This document shows, in pieces, positions 25,123 to 39,200 of a stretch of 64,000 bases of DNA. The notes beneath the pieces were generated by a model. It saw only the letters and a program-made list of their open reading frames with translations. It was not told the origin of the DNA and made no database searches. The number at the start of each line of letters is the position of its first letter. Positions within the stretch are counted from its first letter, which is position 1. The position numbers and the translations under genes were made by a program. Origin of the DNA: Eledone cirrhosa (Eukaryota); the NCBI GenBank assembly GCA_964016885.1, contig OZ024741.1, positions 138,198,001-138,262,000 of the forward strand, written 5' to 3'.

Positions 25123-26500
25123 CACCGTGTAACATATTTTTTGTTCCCCGGTTCTAAGTGTCATTTCATGGTTTGTTATATTCCATTATTATAAAAAAAA
25201 ACACTCTTATTTAATCAGAAGTTTGGGTTTGTGGTCAGGAGTTTGATAATTCGAAATTTTCATATTTTTCAAGAAAAAACACATTTAAAAAAAATTTATC
25301 AGTTCATATAATTAAATCAACAGAGTATATATTTATTTTATTACACAAGATTATGAAAAGCAAACAAGTAAAAACAAATAACACTTATAAAGCAACTTAT
25401 ACACGTCAGAAAAGACTGGAGTTCCTGGATTTGCGGTTGTAGTCCAGGTCGCATTCCCGCTCTAGCCCCCAGATATAGTCCCCCATCATTTTTTTATTTT
25501 AGTGGCCCTGGTCCCTCCGCTATATCTCTTTCACATCTTGGCGGAATCGTTCGCCTTGTTCTTCTGAGTAGGCGCCCATATTGTCCTTGAATCTTTGCAG
25601 GTGAGCGTCCAGCTTATGGAGTTTAAGCGACATCCTGCATCCCATGGCGTCAAAAGCCTTTATCAGATCCTGCACCAGTTACTGGTAGTGCTCAGCTCTG
25701 TAGTTGCCCAGGAAGCCCTTAACATCTGCCTTGAAACAGTTCCATGCTGTTCTCTCAATCCTATTAAGCTTATTGGAGAACTCGGTAGACTCAAACACCT
25801 TCTTTATCTGAGGTCCAACAAAAATTCCACCTTTGATTTTGGCCTCAGATAACTTGGGGAAGAACTCAAGAAGATACTTAAAAGCGGCTGATTCTTGGTT
25901 GAGAGCCTTCACAAACTGCTTCATCAACCCCAACTTAATGTGCAGTGGCGGCATGAGCACAATCCTGGGATCAACCAGTCGCTCCCACGTGGCGTTCTGT
26001 GTCCCAACTACAAATTCTGTTCGCTGCTCCCAGTTCTTTCTTTTGTAGTGGTTAGAGGTGGCTCTCTTGTCCCAAAGGCAGAGGAAGCATTCGAATTTGA
26101 TAAAGCCTCCTTGGAGTCCAAGCAGGAAAGCCACCATCTTGAAGTCTCCAATAATTTCCCAATTGTACTGGTTGTATTGCAGAGCTTTCAAGAGGACTTT
26201 CACACTGTAGTAATCTTCCTCCAGGCAGACTGAATGAGCTAGGGGCAGTTTCGGGACTTGTTTCCATTGTGGAGGAGGACAGCCTTCAAACTTGTGGTGG
26301 AGCTGTCTATAAATAGCCGCCACTCGTTGGGCACAAACGGCACCCCAATAACGTCAAACAGTCCAGGCACGTCATGGTAGAAGCAGAGGCCATCCCTAAG
26401 AGTGTAAAAGCCTGAGAAAGGTTTGTGTCAACTTCTCTGACTTGTCACCTGCACTTCCTCCTTGACCAAGTTCCACTGCTTCATCCTGGGGACGAATGCT
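25123..26500 (-). mobile_element. Chapaev3-like (CMC) DNA transposon remnant
   Basis: GDFKMVAFLLGLQGG..CFLCLWD, PPLHIKLGLMKQFVKAL, GIFVGPQI, then frameshifted MSLKLH..HL..F.DNMGAYSEEQGERF.QD with stops; probable terminus CACCGTGTAACA at 25123; family name from motif recall. Confidence 0.75.
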
Positions 26501-27834
26501 TAAAACACAACTTACCCTTTATTCAGGGTGTGAAAATCCAGTATCAATAAATCTCTTTAATCCACTTTTTAACAATGTTATACTTTATTGCACTTTTATT
26601 ATTTTCTTTAGGTATTACTCTTTATTTTATAATTTTAATTTAACCTGAAACATATAAAAAAAAAAATCATTTAACATAAGCAAATTAAACTTACATACAA
26701 CGTAAAATCCAACATACAAATAATTCTAGTGAATAGCTTAGACTTTTTACAAACCCAACCTTTTAACTGTTTAATAGCACTTTTTTTTAAATTTATTTGG
26801 GACCTAAGCAACACAAAAAGTGATTACAAGCCAGGAAGAGAAAAAGAATTGTTTTCTTACATAATTTTTTTCTAAGATAATATTGATATGAATTACCAGC
26901 TAGTTTTCTGGCTCAAAGAAGCTATTTTCCAATCTTACTCTAAAACATGTTTCAAATCAGTGATAAAAAACATCACCAAAACAAAATGGCATCCATCATG
27001 ACCGACAATTCGCATGCTCTTTATCATGTATGTTAAGGGATCTCACTGTATTTATGCATTTTTCGTTACAGAAATTAAGAAAATGTCAGAATAATTATCT
27101 TAGTCCCCTACAACCGTGGAACATAGATTGTGAGTATTAATTTAGGTCACTGAATGAAGACCTGCTTCAAATGTTTCTAGTGAACGTAATGAATAATAAT
27201 CTAATTCGACAACAGTAAGATTTGAACGCTTACTAAAGTGAGTTGAAATACACTATATTTGCTTCTTTAAAACCGTGTCAGGTTCAACATTGTCTACGTT
27301 CTAAAACAAAACATTAAATATCGAAATAACTGGCCTGTTTGAAATGTCAAATATGATAATTCAGTTATTGATGTTGAAATTAGCTTCTGTTGACCCTACA
27401 GAATACATTCTCCGAGAAATGTACTCAGAGAAATATTGCTACATGTGTTAATTTCCTTTTGTAATGATTTTTGGCTTTTTGCTATATTTGCTATCTTAAT
27501 TACGTTATTCTCTAGGCAGTGTTAAACAAAATTTCTTTGTCGATAATAATTCGTTTAGAGATTCAAATATAATTCATAAAGAAAGAAAGAATAACGACTA
27601 ATTTTAGAGGACTAATACAGAAGATTTTCCAGAAATTTCTGCTAGACTGATAATGGAGAATGCTATAATGAGACATACACGCTATCAACAAATACATAAA
27701 ATACAATAGCAAGAGTGAAAGCTAAATAGAATGAAAGTAATAATGTTGAAAAATAATGAAATAATGAGGTACAAAGTGAATGAAATATAGTTTGCAATAT
27801 GGTGGCTGTTTCTCTTTATACGATCGCATATATA

Positions 27835-28290
27835 AAGATGATGGTGACGATGGTGACGATGGTGGTGGCAAAGAGGATTTGTGAATATGATGATTAGCAC
27901 TATAACAACAACAGATACAACGCCTATGATGATGGAGTCGATGAAGATACTGTTGTCGTTGATGATGATATCGATGATAATAATGATGATGATGATGTCA
28001 ATAATAATGTCGTTGATGATGTTGATGTAGATGACGTTGCTTTCGAAGGCGATGATGTCGTTGATGCCGATGATGCTGGTGTCGATGATGCCGATGATGA
28101 TGATGATGATGAAGATAATTATGATGTCGATGATGATGATGATGATGATGATGTTCACGTTGTCGATGATGATGACCATGATGACGTTGTCGATGATGAT
28201 GGCCATGATGATGATGATGATGATGATGATGATGTTGACGTTGTCGATGATGATGACCATGATGAGTTTGACGATGATGATGATGAAAAG
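27835..28290. repeat. Degenerate (GAT)n trinucleotide repeat
   Basis: Direct inspection; source of poly-I/poly-M ORFs. Confidence 0.9.
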
Positions 28291-28399
28291 GAGATCGTAT
28301 ACGTTTAGGGGCTTATTGATATGGGTGAAGAGAATGATTTTGATAAGTGTGTAAGAGTTGGAGGGATGAGAAATACATATCTTCCGCAAGGAATTAGAT

Positions 28400-28462
28400 G
28401 GCACCGGGAATCGAACTCACATCGTTAGGATCTTGAGCTAATCATGCTTACAATTGACCACG
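28400..28462 (-). mobile_element. tRNA-derived fragment (SINE head or tRNA pseudogene)
   Basis: Minus strand tggtcaattgtaag (A-box-like) ... gagttcgattccc (B box). Confidence 0.45.
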
Positions 28463-29056
28463 TACATTCACAAATATCGTATTACCAAAAGCAACAACAA
28501 GCACATTCTAAAAGCAAAACGTAACAATGTTTTCTTTACATAGGTAAAAGATGATTGTTTCAACATTTTGGGGAAGACATATTTGTTCGTCTTCTATGTG
28601 ACAACTCATCTAATCATTTAAAAGCTTGTAAGACAATGGAATGGGTAAAATCGACATTTTAATCAAGTCAGTGTGTAACATTGTTTCCTATGGATTAGGG
28701 TATGTATTTTTTTCTATACATTGTGACATTCCCAGAAGCAATGGCTGCCTAGAGTTAGCAACACCAAAAACACATACATATAGAATAACAGAAAAAATAG
28801 GTGTACAAGAATGTGATAATAAATGAATCAGGTAGATGAAACCATGATGTAACGGGATAAACATTCACAAAGTGAATTAATTCAAAGTAAGTTACACAAC
28901 CTTTTTTGTTTACTTGTGTTCCTATTGTCTCCAATGATTGGTCATCGAAATTATATTGTTTGTAGAAAATGCATTTGCTGGATAATGAAATGTATTAAAC
29001 TGATTATATAAGAAATGTTACTATGTTCCTTTTAACATGTCTTATGATCTAGCTTA

Positions 29057-29195
29057 AGCGGCGAATTGGCAGAGTCGTTAGAGCATCGGTGAGAATGCTT
29101 TACGTTATTCATTCCGGCTCTCTGCTATTTGAATTTAAAACCAACCGAGTTCAACTTTGCCTTTCAAACTTTCGAGATCGATAAAAAAGGTACCA
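29057..29195 (+). mobile_element. Diverged tRNA-derived SINE
   Basis: gcggcgaattggcagagtcgttagagc...caactttgcctttca...tcgataaaaaaggtacca. Confidence 0.7.
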
Positions 29196-31128
29196 CTCTA
29201 CCTCCGGAATAGATTCTTCCTCTATATCTCTTTCTCACTTTCTATCCTTCTCTGGAGGAAATCTGCTGTGTTCAGGGCTGGTGAGAGGCTTAAAATGCCC
29301 AAGAACCGCCGTGTGTCACTACGGCGCCCCTACGATTCCATCAGGTGTTATGGAACCATACAATAACATAACATGCCATGATCTAACTTGTCCTCTTAAT
29401 TTAAAGTCGTAACATCGATATCAGAGGAAGAGTTTACTTGTTAAATTAACGTTCAGTTACATGACCATTCAGTGGGAATGTGCATATTTTTCGTTGTTCT
29501 TAGAGAGATTGAATCTGGCACAATGTATGACAAGGTTGGCTCATTGAATTACAGCTACAGCACATGTACACGCACATGTATGCATACCACATGTACATGT
29601 ATGCTTCTACAATAACAGGTGTACCTTAAAATTGCAGACGTGTCACTGCCATTACATGTACATGTGTGCCTACTGAAATGGACTGGAGCAAGGTGAGTGA
29701 CAGAACTTAATACTCGGTCTCAGAATGGAACTTATGGAACCGATATTTATAACAAATTTCATGTGGATTTTGTCTCGATATCCATTTTCCCTACAGTTCG
29801 TTGTTTATTTATTGATTGTAGTAGACATTAAGGCAAGATATGATTTCGGAGCAGTTCAAATGCTTCAGGATTTATTTCGGCTCACTGTGATCTGTGTTCT
29901 TATTCCGTCGAAATTAACTTTGACTTTCATCATTTTGAATTCGATAAATGTAGTGCTTGTCCAAGTGGTTCGACAGAAGAATTATTGCATCGGATGAAAT
30001 GACCTCGGTTATTTGATTCGGCTCTGTACATTTTAAATTCGATTCCCAGCTCTTTCTGCCAGGATTGTCAACCGATTTATACTATTAGCGAAAAAAATAC
30101 GAATGGAAACACTGTTTCCTTAGTCCGATTTGATATTTATTTTCGGCCTAAAACTTAATAGGCGTATTTATTGTCATATATGAGCGATAATTTAAATACA
30201 TGAATATAGTAGTTCACACTTTAAATAGCTTTTGTTTGTATTTATAATTCTCAGCATTTCTAAGGCTGTGACTTGATCACGGAAATAGTTAACATTTAAT
30301 TAACATAGCAAACATATTTAATGACATATTTTACATGAGAAAACAATGCCACTCTGCCAGCATGTCCGCTTTGAATTACTATTGCCAGTTAAATATCTGC
30401 TTTGAGATGAACGGAAATTGATGAATTGCCTGCTTAAATTTTCAACCCCCTGCACACACACAAAAAAAAGACAAAAATAAAAAGAACAACAACAAAAATG
30501 CTATAGCCTTTTTTCATGTTAGCATGTACAACGTCTTTTTAATATTGTGTTTATACAGGATACTACAAAAAGTCGTTGTTTAGTAATTGTTAATTTAAAG
30601 GAAATGAATAAAGTGATAATTTAAATGCGTATGTCTGTCGATCTCCATTAAGGAAATCGTGGTTTGAATGTTAATTTCGAAAATAGGAACATGCCTTCAA
30701 AGATTGAAATTTACAGTTATTTAAAATGAAAATTACGTGATATACAGATTGGATAAATGAAAAACGTCTGGGTAACTCGCAGACACATACGCATTCAAAT
30801 ATATACCCGCATATGCTTTCTACAGAAACACACACACACCCGTGTGTGTGTGGGGTGGGGGTGGGGGTGGATGTGTGTGTATAAATACAAATATATGTAT
30901 CTATCAATATACATTTATATGGTAGTTATTTGTACCAAAATGTTAATATACGGACGTTTTATACGAAACACGAAGGTGGTTCTATTTCCTGAAATACAGA
31001 GCTGGCGTCCCTTTCTATTATTTTGCCCAAACCAATTAAGTGTATGTTCTGTGTTCTTTCACTGTTAAGCCGCTGGAAGGCGTGCTACAGTACCCTACCT
31101 CCAAGATCTGACTAGGAACAAGTGAGCA

Positions 31129-31176
<48 letters not shown>

Positions 31177-31290
31177 TGTTTCTACATTAGGCACAAGGCC
31201 AGCAATTACCCAGTGCATTACTGGTACTTTATTTTATCGACCCCGTAAGGATGAAAGGCAAAGTCAACCTCGGCGGGATTTGAACTCAAA
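31177..31290 (-). mobile_element. SINE 3' half between (TAA)n tracts
   Basis: Reverse complement of gagttcaaatcccgccgaggttgactttgcctttcatcc...gtagaaacaa. Confidence 0.85.
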
Positions 31291-31563
31291 TAATAATAAT
31301 AATAATAATAATAATAATTATAATAATAATGTTTTCTTTATTAACCACAAGGGTTTACATAAAGTAGACATTAAGGACAGTACATGACAATAAAGGACGG
31401 TACAAGTGGGCATTTGTGCGTGTAAAAACAAAAGCAGAGGATGTAACAAAACAAAAATAACAATGAAAAATACTTCAATAGGGGGAGACTTCCGAGGGAC
31501 ATTCGTGGAGAAAGCCCATTAAAAAGCCACAGTGACCCTGACCACCAGTTTTCCACCTTCAAT

Positions 31564-34500
31564 TTACAGACACATACTCAGAGTAGGCCCATTCAATCGG
31601 GCCATTCTTGCATCTCTCACCCATCTTTCAACAAAATGCTGGGAAGAGAGTACTTCTCTCTCTACTCTGATTTTCCTTTTCAAATGAAATTTGAAAAAAT
31701 TAATCAGGGCATCACCAAAGAGGTAAATGCTCGTCTTCTGCCCTTTCAAACGTGTCCACCATACTATCTCCTTCGCCCTGGCCACCAGACAGATAAAAAA
31801 TGCCTACCCTTCCCGGCTAAAGGAAGAGGGCGGGACAATCCTCACGATGGACTCAGCTGATAGCTGGATCCGTCCAACACGCGACAGCAGATGTTGGACA
31901 TAAACCCACAAGTCAGCATTGCTCGGACACTGGACGAGTGCATGCAGGAAGTTTTCGTCTCCCTGCGCGCAATTCGGACATGCCCGGTTGATGGCATCTC
32001 CATGCCTGTAGAGTTTATCCCGAACTGGCAAAACTCCTCGATAGCACTGCCAGGCGAGGGATTTCTGGAAGCTGTCCATAGGCCCCGACCCGAAAGATCT
32101 TCCGAAGAGATTGGCTAGTTGATTTTCGTCGACGCCTAGAGTTACCCCAAGAAACGTCGCTCTTCCCCTCCACTAATCCTCTATAGAACGCCAAGGTGGA
32201 GTTTCCACCGATCACATTGCCCGAATGGTCGACGGCTGTGAGCGCCTGAAGACATTCCACTCTCCAAGCGCCCCCTCTCGGTCTTCGCTTGACCCAGGAC
32301 TGCAGCCCCGACAAGGAGACGAGCTGGGGAATGACACGTCTAGCAAAAGGCGACCACACCTGATCACCGTCGAGGAAGAGGGGGAGATGTCGTAGCCTGA
32401 GCGCGTGTTTGCGCATCATCAGCCACGGCATGCCCAGCCCCCCACGTAGCGTGGTTGGCAGCAGATGGACCGCCTGACCATCGGAGCGGGTCCCTTCCAC
32501 AAAAGGCGAAAGAGCAAACGCTCCAGCGCAGTCAGGCGAGGCTTAGGACAAGGCACGACGGTCAAGCGGTAGTAGATGATGGACGCGATGTGCGCGTTAG
32601 CCAACTCCGGTCGACCTTTCAGGGATAACTTCCTCTATGCCCATTTCTGGCTGAGAGAAGCCACCCTTCTCGTCCCCTCATCCCAGTTTGTGCCGGTCTG
32701 GAAGTCCGGACCGAACGACGACGTTGTTGGACGGCAGGCTCCTGCCTCTCCAGGTGCCGAGCTGCAGGCCTACCGACTTTTCTTGGTTGATCATTGCTCC
32801 TGTCACCGCTTCGTATTCTCTTAGTGTATTGCCGTCACCTCGATGTGTATGGCATTCCACACCACTACGGTGACATAGTCCGCATATGCTGACACGGATC
32901 TTCCGCATCCTAGTTCGCGCGGGAACCCCCTCAACTTCTCCAGTTTGTGCAGTAATGGCTCAAGAGTACAAGGGGGACGAGAGGGGACATCCTTGGCGGA
33001 CCGAGAGCATGATGTTGAACGGTTTCGAAAGGTAATCGTTCATTGTCGCCCAATAGCAGATATAGCTGTGCATGGCAGCGATCCAGCCCCTGAAGACGGG
33101 CCCAAAGCCAGCCGCCTTCATGACTGCCACCAGATAACGATGATCGACCCTATAGAAAGCTTTCGACTGATTTAAATTGATGAAGGACCCACCCGTGCCA
33201 TGTTCCCTAGCTACCCTCTCGACGATCTATCGCATGAGGTGAAGGTTGTCCTGGATGGATCTGTCTGGAATAGCGCATGGCTCCAACCTCTTAGCTATCA
33301 CCTTGGCCAAAATCTTGAACTCTGCGGTTAGCATAGTTATGGGCCTGAAATTATATATGTTATCCCCCTTGTTCGGATCCTTTCTCAGCAGCGCCACCGC
33401 TCCTCGGCTCACAGAGATAGGAATTCTCCCGTTCAATTCCCAGTTGCAGTAGATGTCCGCCAAGAGGCCTCCGTACAAGTCTGGCATCTGTACATAAAGT
33501 TCATAGGGCAGACCCTCCAAACCAGCCGATTTATCCCTTGTGCAGCCAGTCATTGCCTCCCGTACTTCTGCTGCTGTTATCGGCTTTTCACAACACTCTG
33601 CCTCTGTGGCTGAGAGCTGCGACAGTCCATCGAGGTAGGCACTAAGGTCCATCCCTAGATCCGGCCCGCAGCTACCCCCGAACAGCTGAGAGAAGTGATC
33701 CTGAAAAGCTTTACACATTTGCCTGGGATCGAGTAGCATGCGCCCGTCGAGGTCCACCAAAAAACCGGATCATGGCTTTGTTGCCACGACCCGCCTGCGC
33801 CACTCGGACCCATTGAACGGCGTGTTTGAGAGCACGCACCCTCGCTCTGACAACGCAGCCTTCGTGCTTTGCATTGAAGGGCCAATTTCGCCGCAAATAG
33901 GTCGTTGCGATGCCTTTGCTAAGCGCCTCGTCTAATTTTCTAACTAATTCTCCCTCTGCTCTATTTTTCTGTATTGCTAAAGCCTTACTAAATCTAATGG
34001 ACTCTGTTCTAATCGCTCTTTTCAGAGCAAATCACAATTTGTGTTGTTAACGATGGCCCCCGTCAACGCCCGCTTAATTATTTCGCTAATCCGTTCTCTG
34101 TAGGTCTTGCGCGCTGTTAATGGCGCGTTTAGTTTCCAGTAGCCGAGTCCCTGTCTATGAAGCCTATCTAAGTCAACCACACAGATCACGAATTTGTGGT
34201 CCGTGTAGCTGACTATCTTGAATTCTGGACAGCCTATGCGAGACCTAACTATTTCCCTACAAAATACTCTATCTAGATATGATCTGGATGGCCTGCTACG
34301 GTTTGTCCAAGTCCACATTGGCACATGCGGGAAATCCAATCGGTACCTGTCCAACAGTTGAAAACGCCTGAGTAGGTTTGTCAGGCTTTTTCACCCTCCT
34401 CCCCTATCCGCTAATCCCACACAATCGCAGAGTGCATCTATGATCCCGTTTCAGTCGCCCACTAACACTAGAGACGTTCCAAGAAAGGTCTCCAGACGCC

Positions 34501-34865
34501 GGAAGAATTCAGGCCGTCCTGCTCCCGTTGGGGCATAGGCCGCAACTAGCCTGAAATCTTGTCCTTCACCGCTGGTCACGTCCAGTACCACCAACTTACC
34601 CTCTTGGTCCAAGAAGACGGCCCATATCTCGAGATCCAGACATCTCTGGAACAACACAGCCCCACCCCGATTTGGGATGGCTTGGAAATGTGTACAACTC
34701 GTAGCCGCAGAACATGGGTGCGAATGCCGGTGCCTCGGAGATTCTGGTCTCGCTGATGGCCACCACATCTATGATTGATGACCTGAGCTCGTTCAGCAGG
34801 TGGCCCTGCTTCCAAGACGAACCCAGGCCACGTGCATTTATGCTACCTATTCTGAGAGAAGCCAT
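31564..34865 (-). pseudogene. Tx1-like ORF2 (endonuclease-reverse transcriptase), disrupted
   Basis: Start MASLRIGSINARG at 34865; fragments 34596-34910, 34451-34768, 34022-34354, 33227-33760, 32015-32500, 31804-32079, 31564-31785. Confidence 0.9.
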
Positions 34866-34866
34866 G

Positions 34867-36477
34867 TTAGCTAGGATAGGAGGAAAACAAGTGAAAGGAG
34901 AAAGGTACAAAAATTACCTGTGGGTCTTTTTTAGGAAGGGGGTGAGTGATCCATCCCTCCGACCATTGGTGGGTTTCTCCACGAGAATATCCGTGAATAT
35001 TCTTTTGGTGATGTTCCCTCAGTAAACTCCAATTGATGTGGGGAACATTTTTTTTAATGTTATGTAATTTTTTTGTGTAATTTCTATTATGTTTATGTGT
35101 GTATGTGTGTTTGTGTGGTGGGTGGTGGTGGGGTGTTGGGTGTGTGTGCAATTTGGGTGGTTTGTACGTAGTTTGTTTCTGTGATGTTGGTGTGGTGTTG
35201 AATGGAATTTAAAAGCTTTTTGATGTCTGTGTCTATGGCTGTGTATTGTGTCTGCTGTTGGGATGTTGGTGCTTTCTGTGTTTGCTGTCGTGTTGTTGGA
35301 GGCGACGATGGGGTATATGCTAAGGGCGGCGGTGGTGGTCGTAGCGGTGGTGATGGTGGTGGTGGTGGTGGTGGTTGTGGTGGTGTTGTTGGTGGTGGTG
35401 GTGGTGACGATGTATGTGGTTGTGGGACTGTGGCTATTGATGGTGGTGGAGGAGGTAGGGTAGTTTTCATTTTCTTTTTTTTTAGGGTTCTTTCTTCCTT
35501 TTTTTTTTGTGGGGTGGGGGATGAGGGTAAGGAGTTCCTTTTTTGTTGGAATAGTTCTCCATTCTTCGGCCTCATCGCACTCATTGTCCAGTATAGCTAT
35601 ATCAGGAAGGGGTATGCTTTCCGTTGGTTCTGTGGGTAGTGGAAGAGATGGTGCTTTTGTTGTTGGGATGGTGATTTCTCTTCTGCCACTGTGGTCTTTG
35701 TTTGTTTGTCCGCTACTGTTGCGGGGCACGGTGTGGGGAGAAGGGGTGGGTGCGTGCCTGTTTTGGTGAGTTTGGGGCAGAATACCTTAAGGTGAGTCTT
35801 GTCACCGCATCCATGACACCTTTGGCGCATACCTTCGACAGTCACGGGTAGATGGCTGCCGTCGTCCTGGTCTATTACATCGAGGATAGCCTCAATGCTC
35901 TCATGGTTTGCTTGGATGATTAGCTCCATCCCCGACCCTGTCCAATTTACCTGTCTTATTCGCATGACGTTGAGTATGGTTGTTGAATCCTCAACGTCAG
36001 CGAGGACGGCCGCCGTCAACCACGCCATCTCCAATGAAGGCGTGACCTGGGCCACTCGAACCCTCACGACTCTCTGGCCGCAGTATGTTGGCATCATTAT
36101 GATTTCGTCCCTGTGGAGTGGTGCAATGGATTGTGCTTTGGCTTCTTCTGGTGTAGCGAAGAGCAAACCCACAGTGTCATATCTCGATCCCCGTGCTATG
36201 TATGTTTTCTGTGCCCAGACGGTGCCCATAGCCTTTTGGACCTGTGACTCCGTTGTCCGTTCAACTTGCCGCGATTTTGATCCGATCGTGAGATAACTGA
36301 CCGAACACAAAAGCTTGTTTCTTATTATCTCAGCTGGGCGGGTGACACTTACCCAGTGTCCGGTTTTTTTAACCAAGACCTTTGCTTGTTTTATTTCTTT
36401 GTTAGTGATGTGTACTTGTTTAAAACTGTTTGTCGCTTTAGCGAAAGATGTGTTTGTTTTGATTTGTGTTGACTCAT
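34867..36477 (-). pseudogene. Tx1-like ORF1 (gag-like, CCHC knuckle, Thr-rich linker), frameshifted
   Basis: ORFs 35597-36376, 35019-35729 and 34867-35151; start position approximate. Confidence 0.7.
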
Positions 36478-36557
36478 CGCTAGTTTTGTCTTTGTTGCCG
36501 TCGTTGGTGTTTTTGATTAATAAGATGATGAAGAAGAAAAAGGAGAGGAAGGCGAGA

Positions 36558-36594
<37 letters not shown>

Positions 36595-36843
36595 AGAAGA
36601 AGAAGAAGAAGAAGAAGAAGAAGAAGAAGAAGAAGAAGAAGACCCCTTTTTCTGAACATATTCATTAGTCTTTCAATTGTATTCAACCTTAGGTTAATAT
36701 TGTCCCTAATCCAATTTCGTTGTCTGTTTGTATTTCCATTAATTTACTTCTTGTTTGCAAAGCATCTGTATATCAAAGGCCTGTATTCCTTAATCACTGA
36801 ATTTCTTAACCAATAATTGGTAAATATCTTGAAAAGTTGAGAA

Positions 36844-36892
<49 letters not shown>

Positions 36893-36997
36893 CCGCATGG
36901 AAATAACAACACAACCGGGAGATGGACATATCGATGTATTGACGGAGTAAAACACATTTCAACAACATGTGTACCTGTCTTTCCCACACTAATTCGG

Positions 36998-37052
36998 ACT
37001 GCCTGAAGAGGTCACAGCCAATGATGGCTGTCACCGAAATATATATAGCCGT
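36998..37052 (+). ncRNA. Type I hammerhead ribozyme
   Basis: actgc-CTGAAGA-ggtcacagcca-atga-tggctgtcacc-GAAA-tatata-TA-gccgt; flanks match 6270-6395. Confidence 0.7.
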
Positions 37053-37308
37053 ATATCTATAAGTTATAATAAACGAAGCCAAATTTTACATATTTGACTT
37101 AATTAGTTTACATTATTCCGGAGTAAACAAACCAACCTGCGTACTTCGTCGAGTGCTCCAATCTGCATACTGAGGTGTCGGTAAACAACCAACATATACT
37201 CAATATACATATATATATATATTTTTTTTTAATAATGAAATCTAAGGATATCCTATTAAATAAGCGACAGGAATTAATAATATCGTGTAATCATAAACTG
37301 AGAAAAAC

Positions 37309-37538
37309 CTTTAAATATTATAAACCTAATTAACATACACTTTAGAAATTAATATATAAACTATTTTTAATTTAGTTAACCTATAATTAATATTCTACTA
37401 CTGATGAACTACATAATTCTGCTTTAAATATTATAAACCTAATTAATATACACTTTAGAAATTAATATATAAACTATTTTTAATTCAGTTAACCTATAAT
37501 TAATATTCTACTACTGATGAACTACAAATTTTGCTTTC
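37309..37538 (+). repeat. Tandem duplication, ~113-bp unit x2
   Basis: ctttaaatattataaacctaattaa...ctactactgatgaactaca repeated. Confidence 0.85.
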
Positions 37539-38505
37539 CTTCTTACAACTATCATTTCCTAAAACTGATACCATTAAGTAAACATATATAATGCTTTAAC
37601 TTCAGGTTATGACTCTATGTTCCTTGAAAACTATATATATTTATTATTTCTCACTAATAAATTTAATTCACCCCCCAATAATTATATGTATATGTAAGTG
37701 TGTATGTGTGTATATATATGTATGTATGTATGTATATATGCATGTATATGTATATATATATATATATGTATATGTGTATATATATGTGTATATATATGTG
37801 TGTATATGTGTGTGTGTGTGTGCATGTGTATATATATGTGTATATATATATATATAAGTATATATATATATTATTTTTATATTCTTTTAATTTCCCCTCA
37901 TCTTTAACAGCACTTTTCAACTGCATCTAACTCTTATTTATCATATCTATATGTATTAGTATAATTTTATCAATATAAATATACCCATCAATTAAATTAA
38001 TTTATATTCTTTTCATAGATGTATTTTTTGCACTAACATTCTTATCGTAAAACTTTAGTCACCTTAGATATTTGTATTGGCATTACTATTTTATAACAGC
38101 AACTGCTTGTATACCTTTTACTGACCACCTGACCTATTTTCACCCCTAAAATAAGCTTCAATTACTACTATTTTACCATTTGGCCAATTATTAACTTTCT
38201 ATTGGTTAATTCTAAACCTCTTACCAAACAGACAGAATATATTAGATCTTTGTTGGTTTTATTCAATGAACAAATAAAATTATTTCTGAGGTCAGCATAA
38301 GACCTATTTCTTCCCTAAAATAATCCTTCATTCATAATATTCTTTTCCATCCAAAACTGAAAACTACCCTCCTCTACCCATAATTTAAGGTTCTTCTACT
38401 ACTATATTACTACCTTGACCCTCACTATCTCTCTATTGGTCAATTCAAAACCTGTTCCCAAACAGACCTATTGTATTGAATCTTTGTTTTTTCAATAAAC
38501 AAATA

Positions 38506-38647
38506 TCATTATTTCTGAAGACAGCATATATATGTGTAGGTATGTATATTCCATCTGATAGTTTGTATAAATATTGTACATAGATCTATAGAATATGCAT
38601 ACCAACTCTAACACATATATATCCTAGAAACGATCGTAAAATGATGA
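38506..38647 (+). ncRNA. Type I hammerhead with ~105-nt stem II
   Basis: Stem I tcattattt/aaatgatga; CTGAAGA; stem II includes atatatatgtgt/acacatatatat; GAAAC-gatc-GTA; palindromic ACGATCGT. Confidence 0.75.
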
Positions 38648-38862
38648 ATTTTTTTTAATATAAGGAACTGTTTCTTTGTTTATTCATTATTTTATTAATT
38701 TATCTTGACTCTGTTTTCCGTTTATTTTTCACCGAAAGTAGTTTTTGAATGCATCTTCTCTTTTCATGATATCCGGATTACATTGAGTTCTTCATACGGA
38801 TTGGACACTACCGTAAACTTTTGGTAGATTTATCTACATATATATATAATTTATATATATAT

Positions 38863-39040
<178 letters not shown>

Positions 39041-39200
39041 TGTTATTAATATTTCGAATCCTTCACGATATAGCCTGATTTAATTGGTTCACAAATCTCA
39101 CTTTTCTACTTTTTACAATATCGATTCTTCCTTTCCAAAATGTTCTCCTAACTCACCACATCTCTTCCTCCATCTTCAATTATTACTATTATTATTATTG

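Larger units (their letters stand above)
31331..36530 (-). mobile_element. Near full-length Tx1/L1-clade LINE (ORF1 + ORF2, multiple frameshifts)
   Basis: ORF1 with CHGCGDKTHLKVFC zinc knuckle; ORF2 with APE endonuclease (SINARGL, SET, YAP, GD, SYLDR, DH), RT (NFRPIT, KAFYRVDH, YADY) and CPNC..HALVQC; 3' UTR with AATAAA ending at (TAA)n. Confidence 0.92.

Noticed and set aside
27685-28404. 239-aa Ile-rich membrane protein or Asp/Met-rich protein
   Set aside because: Degenerate (GAT)n repeat with no supporting splice or domain evidence
37395-37530. CTGATGA motifs in the 113-bp duplication as hammerheads
   Set aside because: No matching GAAA-stem III-UH or stem I partner found
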